Source of the DNA: Sphagnum compactum
Lineage: Eukaryota
Direction of reading: 5' to 3'
NCBI GenBank assembly: GCA_965153455.1
Contig: OZ234494.1
Span: 10,292,001-10,356,000 of the forward strand
Length of the DNA stretch: 64,000 nt
Shown here: piece by piece, positions 27,600-38,032 of the stretch
Layout of the letters: each line of letters opens with the position of its first letter
How positions within the stretch are numbered: position 1 is the stretch's first letter
Notes under the pieces: generated by a model
What the model was told of the DNA's origin: nothing
What the model saw: only the letters and a program-made list of their open reading frames with translations
The model's database searches: none
Translations under genes and position numbers: made by a program

Positions 27600-27970
27600 A
27601 AAACTCAGCCATTGAACCAAAAAATCAATCACAAAAATGCATCTCACAAGGACAAATTCACTAATTAATGAAAGTTCAACCATTGAACCAAAAAATTAAC
27701 CATGAAAATGCATCTCAAAAGGAAGAATTCACCCATGGAAATTGAACCCATTGAAATAAAAAACTAACCATGGAAATGCATCTCAAAAGGAAGAATTCAC
27801 CCATGGAAATTGAACCCATTGAAATAAAAAACTAACCATGGAAATGCATCTCAAAAAGAAGAATTCACCCATGGAAATTGAACCCATTGAACAAGAAAAT
27901 CAAATGTGGAAATAAATATCTCAAGGAGGAATTCACACTTGTAAAATCCAGCCATTGAACCAAAAATTTC
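27600..27970 (+). repeat. 68-bp tandem repeat, ~5 copies, inside the hAT element
   Basis: gaagaattcacccatggaaattgaacccattga at 27722, 27790 and 27858, with decayed flanking copies. Confidence 0.85.
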
Positions 27971-28699
27971 AATAATTGAATAAATTTAAAACTAGCATGT
28001 TCAACCATTGAATATTTGGGAAGTTTAGCAATTGGAAAAAAACCAACCATGGAGGAAATTGGAAATCAAGTGTCTCAAATCCGGCCATTAAATAAATTAG
28101 ACATAACACAATCACCTCTAGACAAAAAAGAAACCTATTCTAGTAGAATATTTTGCTATAGAACCACTAAAAGACTTGAATTTTAGCTGTCGTGACAAGT
28201 AATATGTGAGATCATGTTTATAGACACAACTGAAAGTTCTAAAATATCAACAAAAATAACATCATCAACAAACAACATAACGTCCGCAAATGTAATTGCA
28301 ATTATTGGAGTAAAATCATGCACTAAAGGTCCAAAAACTTACCTCATTTTCACCAGGGTATTCAATTTGCAGGGGTTCAAACCAAAATCCACACATGCCT
28401 TTTCCCACAAATTTCAAATTTACCTTCCCTTGCTAGATTTCTTTGGCCATGTGATAAACTTTTGGATGTCAACCCTAGTGATGACATTCTTCATTTTGCA
28501 CATTAAAATTCCTTAAAATTCTTCATTTAGCACCTTGTCGAAACATTCTTGACCCGCGAATGTTTACCAAATTACACTGGTTGATCTATAAAATTCGTTA
28601 AAATTCTCGCTTCTTTGGGCTTCCATAACATTCTCGCACCAAGAATGTCATAACTATGATGTCAACCTAAGCATATTTGATTGATGCATAATGTAATAT

Positions 28700-29700
28700 G
28701 TGAACCACCTTCTCATCTAAAATTGCATATTGACTTACCTTTGATTGTACATGACCATAACAAGAACTATCAAATGGTTGCATTGTGCCAAAATCACTAC
28801 ATGACACCATTAATTTGAAAGCTTGAGCACAATTTCAAATTGGAGCCTTCATTCTTGACATAGGCCAAAATCTTTTATGTGAGTGTAGACTTGTCAAGGA
28901 TTTGTTTTAGCTTCATAACCATGGCAACACCATTCATATCACGGGACTCAAACAACCCAACAGCGATGTGTTTCTGCTCCCAATTGGCAAAGAGAAAATT
29001 CACAACGACTACAAAAATGTCACGGCCCCCTTTTGACATCCAAAGGTCAAAAGTGCATGTGGTAGTCAGGCATTCTACTAAGGCAAGTTGCACATATTTT
29101 CTCAAGGTCTTGCTTAACAATGTAGGAAGAATGTCATCAATGAAAACCTTCTTGGATGCGAAGTTCACCCTTAAGCACAGTCGAAGAGCTAATCTTTGCA
29201 ACCAAATGGATTCAACTATCCTTAATGGAAAAAAACCTTGATGACAAACAACATTAAGTCTTCCAAAAATCTCTTTTGGGTCTCATGATCTTTTGGGAAC
29301 GGGTTTGAGGAGGGAAAAAAACCAGAAATCAAACTTGGACCCATATTCTCCCATTTAGTTGTTGATTTCCAATTTCAAATAACTCAGGGACGAGCATGTT
29401 GAATTTTTTTAAAACTCTTAAGTAAAGAGTCACACTTTAGTTCCACATGTTTTGTCATGGCTAATATGCCATGAACCTTGTTGTAAGCAATGAAGCCTTT
29501 GTAGCATCTTGTGCATAAGGCCATAATCTCAAGACCCATAATGTCATTGCCATAGTCTCATTGTGGCAAACGATGCATTACATAAATTGACTTTACTTCA
29601 AGTTAACTTCTTGGTTATTGCTTACCTTGAAGAACACCTAAGTAAATGATGTCATTTCATGAGGTTTCCATGCGATTAATTGCATCTTCAAGCTATCCAA
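28700..29700 (-). pseudogene. hAT transposase remnant
   Basis: TCTFDLWMSK..DIFVVVVNF catalytic-D region (ORF 28875-29201); BED-finger-like CIVC...MTKH near 29440-29580; many stops. Confidence 0.7.
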
Positions 29701-30920
29701 CAACACCTCCTATGTTAGAAAGTCGTCAATGTCAAAATTAGATAAACCTTCATGTTCCATTCCCATATTGACAATGCTACTACTGCTAACATAACTTGCA
29801 AAGCACCTAGAAACACATAGCATGTTAAAAAGATTAACACTAATGCTAGTAGGAGCTGAAGAACCCATGGCAAAAAACTTAAGAAAAGGAAAGGTGAGAT
29901 TGATAAATTGCCAAGAGCGATCAAAAGAACTCTAGCAAATGAAATAGCACTAGGAGAAGATGACATGATGACCTATAGTAGACAACAAAAACCTTTTTAA
30001 CTCATCACTTTTGGAATCCAAAAAACAAAAAAACATAAATTGCAAGTTATAGTAGAAGACATGAAACATGAAATAAAAGACATTGAGCATAGATAACAAA
30101 AAGTAGAGGTTGAATGAGGGGGAAAAAAAAAAGTACGTCACCTTTGTCCATATCCATGCAAACCATCTTGAATAAATGTGTCAAAGTGTAAACAAAAGTG
30201 GTAATGTCTTCTTGCCATTTTGAGGTCAAATTCAAGGAGGAAGATTGTGACAAGCTTTCTCCATTGTCGTGATGGAAATTTGAACTCAACAATTGCAAAT
30301 TACAAACCCTAATCCTCACAACAAAAACACAAGGTTTTCTAATTCCACTATGGGTTTCAATTAGAAAATCAAAGGTATTTAATTCCACTAATGTCGGGTT
30401 ACAAACAAAGAACCTCAGGTATTTGAATCAGAAATGCGTCAGGTTTTTGGCAAAAAACCTTGTCAACTTTTTGGACTTAGGTCAAAAGCAAAGTTGGGGG
30501 TTAAAAATCTAAATGCCAAGTTGAAAGTGGACGCAAGTTTTTTTTTCGACAATTGTCAAGTCAAAGGTGAAGTCGAGGTTTCACGAACTTAAAACCAGAG
30601 GTTATATACCCATTTATTTAATCTAAAAACTAACAAAGAACCAAGTGTGTTTTAAAAACCGCGCAACATTGGAAAAGACCAAGTATTGGTATAAATTATT
30701 GGTTCAAACTTGACACAAAGTGTGAATGACTTTTGAAGTATTATGTGTGGATCTAATGGATGGGCATGTTCCATAAAAGTGCATGCATTTACATGAGGAA
30801 TTTTTCAATTGATGACGAAATTTTTTAATATGAAGTTTGAACATACCCATCAAGGGCAAAGTCATTATTCAATAAATTGTTTGTTCTTCATGTAATTTCA
30901 TCCCATATGTTTTGTTAAAT

Positions 30921-31235
30921 TGTCATGCCTGTATGCATGGCCTCATACATGATAGCCGGTTACGGGCATGCCAATCATGTTTTTAGGGTTAATGTACGTT
31001 CTTAGGTTATTGTGTGCTATTAGGTGTTTTAGGGTTATGACTTGTTTAAGGTTTCAACTTTGTTGATGGTTGTATAAAAGGTCAAGCTCATCCTTTCTCT
31101 TGTCAGTTTTTCTACAATTCCTTTGTTAGGGAGAGTTTCCTCCATAGTCAGACTGGATTTTTAGATGTTCACGGCGACTATTACATGGCCATCATTTACA
31201 TACACTACGTTTTCTTTCCTTCTTTTTGATTCAAT
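30921..31235 (+). repeat. Repeat A1 (contains TATA at 31073)
   Basis: Aligns with 37526-37858 throughout, with an ~18-bp indel. Confidence 0.95.
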
Positions 31236-31237
31236 TC

Positions 31238-31248
31238 TAGAAAAATTG
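31238..31248 (+). promoter_or_regulatory. Putative self-priming PBS of the split-repeat element
   Basis: TAGAAAAATTG pairs with CAGTTTTTCTA (31104-31114, 31 nt after the TATA start) with one G:U pair. Confidence 0.6.
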
Positions 31249-32174
31249 CTCTCTATTGCTTAATGTTGAAAATGACAAATTATTCCTAGCTTTGAATTTC
31301 TTGGGTTTCTTTTGCTTATTGGTTTCTAGTGTTCTTGAGTTGTTACTACTTCTTCTTCTTTTTCTACTCTTGTACTGCAGCTACAATAGGTTCTTTGACT
31401 CCCCAAAATTAGAGGCTTTCTTCTCCCAGTATAAGCTACAAGTTGTGAAGTTCTGAGTTCCGAAACTTCGGAAGGGGGAAGGAGTGAGCAACTCCAAAGC
31501 TTGTTTTATTGCTAGCTTTAGGTCTTGGGAGCACGTACACACACACACACATAAGGTTTGATTGCAGTACAAGATCTGCACCACTCATGCAACCCCACAT
31601 ACACTTGCTTTCCTTGTATATGGGTTTTGAGGTTAGCATCTAGGCTGTGCACTCTTGTGTGTTTTTGAGCTTGCAGTCATGTAACGAGTTGCCCTTGTAG
31701 CAGCTCTGGAAGAAGAAGAAGAAAATTTTTAAAAACAACACAAAGTAGAAGAAAAAAATTTCTCTCTTTTCTTCTGCACACCATCGTTACAGAGCTTGTG
31801 GACGCAAATCGCTCTGTAGCATCATCGCCATCCATCGTTGTCGCCATTCATCATAGTTTCGTTCGACATTTGTCACAGTTCTGTTCGACATTCATCACAG
31901 TTTCATTCGATGCCCATCACCTTTTGTTCGACGTCCGTCAATGTCCGTCCGTTCGATTTCGTCCCCATGGTTCCGTCCGTCTGGCCCCTTTCGTCCATCG
32001 ACATCCGTCCACAGACGTGTGTCCATCAATGTCCGTCCGTCACTGTTCATCCCCGTCGACATGTTGTATTCTTCAAATCATATGTACTGCGTACATACGT
32101 ATCCGATACCATATTTTTCAAACCGTATCTAGTGCCCTGTATTCCTACAAAATTTTAGGGCATGGGACAACAAC

Positions 32175-33905
32175 ATGTCCTCTGATGATGAGAACACTAT
32201 TGCTCAGCCAGAGCCAAGGTATCAACTACGAAGCAACACACAATCATTTGAGCCGATTTTTTTGAACTCACAATCTTCACAATCGTACCATCAAGCGTTT
32301 ACAGCGCCACCGTCATCCAGTACACCTCCTACCAGGAACTCAGGTTTAGGTAACACTACATCAATGGTACATCATAATCCATTTGGAAGGGTTAATTAGT
32401 GGGGTACGCCTACTACCGCACCAGCTTTCACACCATCATCATATATTTCGTTGTAAGCCGTTACCTCTACACCCATATACACCATGGAGGTCGATAGTTC
32501 CTTTGGGAGAATTGAGAAGTTCAGTGGAAGGCCAGGTACTATTTCTTTGAGGGAATTCAAGGCAACTTTTTCAATTGTGGTTTATGAATTGGAGTTCAAG
32601 TATGGCGCTAATTACACTAAGGCGTTCGCATTCAAATAATCGGCCCATTATGTGCATTATGAGGCATTGGATGTCTACAAGCAACATTCTCTCAGGATTT
32701 TGGGCGTCACCCAGATCCCCAATCTAACTTATGCCACAGCCATTGCCACCGCCTCTCAAGCTGCATTACAAGCTACCATTGCACATCATGGGATTATGCC
32801 CAATAATCTAGATCCGGTACCTACTTCAATAAATCTTTCTCCTCAACAATTCATTGTTGCTATCGCAAACATTCCTCCCATCATCGATGCACCAGCTTTT
32901 GTTGATCCAGCGGGGGAATTCTTTTGAAATCTTGAGCTGGAATTTCCGGTTAAGAGTTCTGAAAAAATTCTTTACCTTGCCACCTTCTCTCAACAAAATG
33001 ATGAAACCTTCAAGATGCTCTATAGGAGGCTTCTCAAGCTTAAAGAGGATACTTAGAGCATCACTAACCTAGAAGCTGCATATTAGTATCTTCGTTCATT
33101 GGAAGGTATTTCGACACTCTATGCGCAGGTTTTGCAACGGGTTTTTTGTAGAATTTGGAGACTCGTACACTTTGCTAGATGTGTACAACAATTCTGACAA
33201 GCTGGAACTGGCTCATGCACATTATGAGGCCAGTACTATGAGGCCTCCATCACGTTCAAGGCCTCAGCCTCCACCAGCTACGCCAACCAGATCATCACAT
33301 TCTTTTTCAAGGGTTAAAGCAGTGCACTCAGCTACACCCTACCTTCTTGCAACTACTGTGGCAATCTTGCCCACAAAGCTAGTGAGTGCAACATTCTTTC
33401 CGAGGATCTCTTTTGTGATTATTGTGGAAAAGAGGGACATCAGGAAGTTGTTTGTTTTGCCAAGTTCCTAGAACAAAAGTAACTCTGATTACCACGGCAA
33501 AATTTGCCAACATCTTTCGTTGCCCCTCAACCAAAAGCCAAGGCACCTCAGCCTTCCACTCAGGTTTTCCCCACCAAGGGTAGTTCTAGTAAGAATGCTA
33601 AGAAGAAGGAGCACAATGCTGACAAGAGGGAGGTGCTTCAAGCCCATGCTGCTCAAGTTCAAACTCTACAAAATGAACTCGAATCATTGAGGGCCCAACT
33701 TGCTAATCTAAAAGGCAAGTCTTCCCAACCAGCTAGTCATGCCCAACCTGTACAAGGTTCAGGATCAAGGGAAGGACCTCCTAGGTCGTTCTTTGGCCTC
33801 TCACATGATGCCGTGGCTGGGGAGTATGTTTTTTCCAATATGCACAATGGACCAAGCCTGGTGTATCGTCATGCTTCAGCCACTTGGGACGAACCCAGCC
33901 CATAA
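32175..33905 (+). pseudogene. gag: gag-like ORF with two CCHC zinc knuckles, disrupted
   Basis: EKFSG motif near 32515; CNYCGNLAHKASEC and CDYCGKEGHQEVVC at ~33345-33460; stops and frameshifts. Confidence 0.75.
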
Positions 33906-34339
33906 GAAAGAGATAAGGCTATGGGGTTCCAAACTGGCACTACTAATTAGACCAAGGTGACTAGATTGGAATGTAACGCTCTATTGGGGAGAGGCATGGA
34001 CCTGAACTCCCTTACATGGTTGTTGGTAACCTGTGTACTTTTTCAAATGTACACAACACCAGTACTGATTCAATCAGCTTGCAGTTCTCGCGATGCAACT
34101 ACATGGGCACCCCGACCATTTACACTTTCTATCTTCAACACTCTACACTTCACTCTTAGTGTTGGGGGGGAGGAGGTACCATGTTGTTTTTGATACACCT
34201 AGAGGTACATCAGCTTTTGGAGAAACAATTACAACCTTCTATGAATTTGTGCAGTTGGATAATGGAGAACCCAATACACCAAGTTTTTCAAACACATTTT
34301 CCAACTCCATTCCATGTGTTTCCAACTACCCTTTCATTA

Positions 34340-37302
34340 TGGGGAACCAGCTCACCAAGAAGGAGAAAGACCAGGTCACAAACTTGCTAATTAAGTATGA
34401 GAATATGTTCGCATTCTCAATGAAAGACTTAGGTAGGTGTAAGACCATGCAATTCTCTATAGACCTTACAGATGAGACACCCATCTATCGAAGGAGGTGT
34501 AGGTTGAGCAAGCATGAGTGGGAACACGTAGATGAAAAATACAAAGAGCTCCATGAGGCTGGTCTCATTCAGCCATCAAAATCTGATTTCGCAGCCATTA
34601 CAATAATGCCAACAAAGAAGGATTCAACTGGATTATGGATTGAGAAAAGGATGTGCGGGGATTATAGGCCTTTGAACTTGGTTACACCTTAGGATAAGTA
34701 CCCCATGCCCATCCCTGAAGAACTGTTTGATAGCATTGGAAACTCAAACATCTTCACAATTGTGGATTTGAGGCAAGGCTTCAACTAGATTGTGCTCGCT
34801 GCGAAGGATTACAAGAAAACGACATTCCATGGAAGCAATAAGTTGTGGGAATGGCTTATGATGCCTTTTGGATTGAAGAATGCACATGTCTTCTTTCAGC
34901 AAGTCATGGACCAAATTCTTGAAGGGGTAAATTTCCTAAAGTGCTACATAGATGACGTCCTAGTGCATAGCAAGGGACTCCTACAGGACTTGGCTCATCT
35001 TGAGGAATTATTCAAGAGGCTCCACGAAGTCAATATGAAGATCCATCCTAAAAAGTGTGAGTTTGTTGTCACCTCAGTAGTCTACCTTGGACACAAAATT
35101 TTGCCAAATGGTATTATGGCTCATTGGGCCAAAGTAGCCATTTTGGAGATGCCCAATCCTACTGATGTTCACACTTTGAGGAGCTTCATCGGACTATGTA
35201 ATTACTACAGGATTTATGTCCAAGACTTCAGTACTATTGCTCATCCTTTCTATGCATTGTCAAAGAAGGATGTTGCTTGGACATGGAATGAAGAGGCTCA
35301 GGAAGCTTTCAACACACTCAAGGAAAAGCTTTCAGAGTTCCCCATTCTAAAAAGACCTGATTTCAACAAGGTCTTCATTCTACACACTAACTGGAGTGCT
35401 CTTGGTATTGGTGTTATTCTTGGCCAACTTGATGAGAAAGGCAAAGAATATGTTATCGCCTATGCATCCCGAAGCAATAACAAGGCTGAGAGCAACTACT
35501 CTTCATACGAAGGGGAATGTCTTGCTGTTGTATGGGCCATCATACATTTCGGGCCCTATTTTTATGGCACCAAGTTCACTTTGTATACCGACCACTAGCC
35601 TATCAAGTGGTTGATGACCAACGACAAGCTTATTGGTAAGTTAGCTCGTTGGCGTTTATATTTCAGGATTATGAGTTCAAGGTTATTCATCAACCTGGTA
35701 TTACACATCAGAACGCGGATACCATGTCGCAGAGACCCCTCACTACCTCTGAAGATTTCTTAGAAGCCAGGCAAGACTTCGACCACATTCGAGCAATACA
35801 TGTATCTTATGCATCTAGTTATCTTGCACTACTGCAATGTAACCTGGTTGAACATCCCTTTGTGGATATATGGGAAGACTTGGACACTCTAAGGTTTTTT
35901 CAACGTGGGGAATATCCTCCCCAAGTTACGTCAAATCATCGGGATCACATATAACAACGATCCAAACGCTACTCATGGAGGGACAATCACCTCATCCAAT
36001 GCTTACCACAAGGTGACAGAGTGGTTTCTTCACCACATGAACGGCTTGGTCTTATTCAGAAGGTACACTCGGAGCTTGGAGTTAGGTGTACTTATAGCCT
36101 TCTCGCTCCTCATTATCATTGGAAAGGTATGTATGCTCAAGTTCGAGACGTCATTGCTAGGTGTGCACAATGTGATAGAGTGATAATTTCCTTTTCCTCT
36201 CGACAGCTCATGCTTTCTCCACTCCCTATTCAAGGCATGTTCTATCCCTGGTCATGTGATTTAGCTAGAAAGTTACCACAGACCTCCAGGGGTAATGTCT
36301 ACATCATGATTATGATTTAGCATTTTTCAAAGTGGGTTGAGCTTGTTGCGCTGCCGGACAAGTCATCACACAACACTAGCCATGCTTTCTTACAACAGGT
36401 GCTAAGTAGGTTTGGGGCTTGTGCTGAGTGCCTTACTAATCAAGGATCAGAATTTAGAGAAGAATTCCAAGACGTACTTAATCATGCTCTCATTGACCAT
36501 CGCCAAACTTCAAGGGATCATCCCAAGCTGATGGCCTTGCAGAGAGGATGGTTCAGACATGTAAAAAGGGACTTCGAAGGATTTGCCTCATTGGGAACAA
36601 AGAGGATTGGGACGTGGCCCTACCTTACATCGCCATGGGTACAGGATGTCCAAACACGCCTCTTTGTCTCATTTTGCTCCTTACTTTCTACATTTTGGGA
36701 GACATCCCATTCCACCTTCTTCCATTACTGCTCAAATGGACCAAGTTATGGACTTGGACTCCCCAGTCGCTTGGGTTAGGGTCATCGCAGAGAGGGTTGC
36801 TCTATTCAGGAAGGTTATGTTCATGGCCATGGAAAACTTGTCCATTGCACTGCATCGAGACACCTTACGATATGCACACACACAAGGTGGCAGTTATAAA
36901 CCTAAGGTGAGACAATTTGATGTTGGTGGCTTTGTGTATCTTTAGCAGCAACCTAATGATACTCTAGACACTTCTTTCGGTCGCACTATTTTGAGGATTA
37001 AAGCGATCAGGCCTTCAGGTGTGTTAGAGTTGCAAGGAGCTAATGGACGCACAATTCGGGATCACTCCAAAAACTATGCGCCTTGCCACCTCCCGAACTT
37101 GGATCCTACCATCATCACGTCAACTTGGACTCCTCCATTCAACTATCCATGTCAGGTATGTCAAAGGACAAACAATGCTGATCAGATGCTATTTTGTGAT
37201 AATTGTAATGGTGGATACCATCTATTCTGCCTCAAGCCGGAGCTCATTCAAGTTCCCACCGGCATTTGGTACTGTTCATCATGTTTTCTTGCAGCACCTT
37301 GA
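34340..37302 (+). pseudogene. pol: pol: RT, RNase H, DDE integrase and C-terminal PHD finger, disrupted
   Basis: RMCGDYRPLN, MPFGLKNA and YIDD; LHTNWS and EGECLAVVWA; VHSELG..CAQC; WSCDLA, LTNQG and ERMVQT; PHD CQVC..MLFCDNC..YHLFC..WYCSSC. Confidence 0.92.
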
Positions 37303-37342
37303 TTTTTACTCAAACCATGCCACGCTTTTCCCAGCTTAGGTC

Positions 37343-37350
37343 AGGGGGGA
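37343..37350 (+). promoter_or_regulatory. Polypurine tract directly upstream of repeat B1
   Basis: AGGGGGGA abuts ATACATGAG at 37351. Confidence 0.7.
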
Positions 37351-37523
37351 ATACATGAGAATTTCATTTCAGCCTCCTCTTGTGCATTGTATACATGTGT
37401 GTGCATCTTTTTTTGGTTGATTAGTTTCTACCTTTGACTGGTTTTAATCTTTTTGTTCAGTAAAATTTACTATGGATTTACACCCTTACGACACCGTACA
37501 TCACGACACTACACGTCACGATA
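37351..37523 (+). repeat. Repeat B1
   Basis: Aligns with 37859-38032. Confidence 0.95.
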
Positions 37524-37525
37524 GC

Positions 37526-37858
37526 TGTCATGCCCATATGCATGGCCTCATACATGACGGCTGGTTATGGGCATGCCAATTATGCCTTTAGGGTTAATGT
37601 ACGCTCTTAAGGTTGATGTACTTCTTAGGTTAATGTGTGTTACTAGGTGTTTTAGGGTTATGGCTTGTTTAAGGTTTTAGCTTTATTGATGGTTGTATAA
37701 AAGGCTAAGGTCATCCCTTCTCTTGTTAGTTTTTCTATAATTCCTTTGTCAGGGAGAGTTTCCTCCATAGTTAGACTGGATTACTAGATGCTCACAACGG
37801 CTATTACACGGCCATCATTTACATACACTACGTTTTCTTTCCTTCTTTTCGATTCAAT
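37526..37858 (+). repeat. Repeat A2
   Basis: Aligns with 30921-31235; separated from B1 by the dinucleotide GC. Confidence 0.95.
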
Positions 37859-38032
37859 ATACATGAGAATTTCATTTCAACCTCCTCTTGTGCATTATAT
37901 ATATGTGCGTGCATCTCTTTTTGGTTGATTAGTTTATACCTTTGACTAGTTTTAGTTTTTTTGTTCAGTAGAATTTTATTATGGATTTACACCCTTACGA
38001 CACCGTATGTCACGACACTACACGTCATGACA
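37859..38032 (+). repeat. Repeat B2 (right terminus)
   Basis: Copy of B1 ending CATGACA, followed by the TSD AAAT. Confidence 0.95.

Larger units (their letters stand above)
25570..30671 (-). mobile_element. Decayed hAT DNA transposon (~5.1 kb)
   Basis: TIRs CAGTGTTGTGCGC / GCGCAACATTG; 8-bp TSD GAAGAGAC (25562-25569) / GAAAAGAC (30672-30679); internal transposase remnant. Confidence 0.8.
30921..38032 (+). mobile_element. Ty3/gypsy retrotransposon with PHD-finger integrase and split direct repeats (A1-internal-B1-A2-B2)
   Basis: Termini TGTCATG / CATGACA; 4-bp TSD AAAT (30917-30920 and 38033-38036); gag, RT, RH, INT and PHD remnants; repeats A and B as listed below. Confidence 0.9.

Noticed and set aside
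31798-32265. 155-aa ORF in the retroelement leader
   Set aside because: It arises from low-complexity cgtc/cgtt repeats that lack stop codons; no domain is recognisable.
37526-38032. A2+B2 read as an ordinary 3' LTR with a truncated 5' LTR
   Set aside because: This does not explain B1 upstream of A2, the PPT abutting B1, or the PBS-like site directly after A1. It is disfavoured but not fully excluded without other copies.
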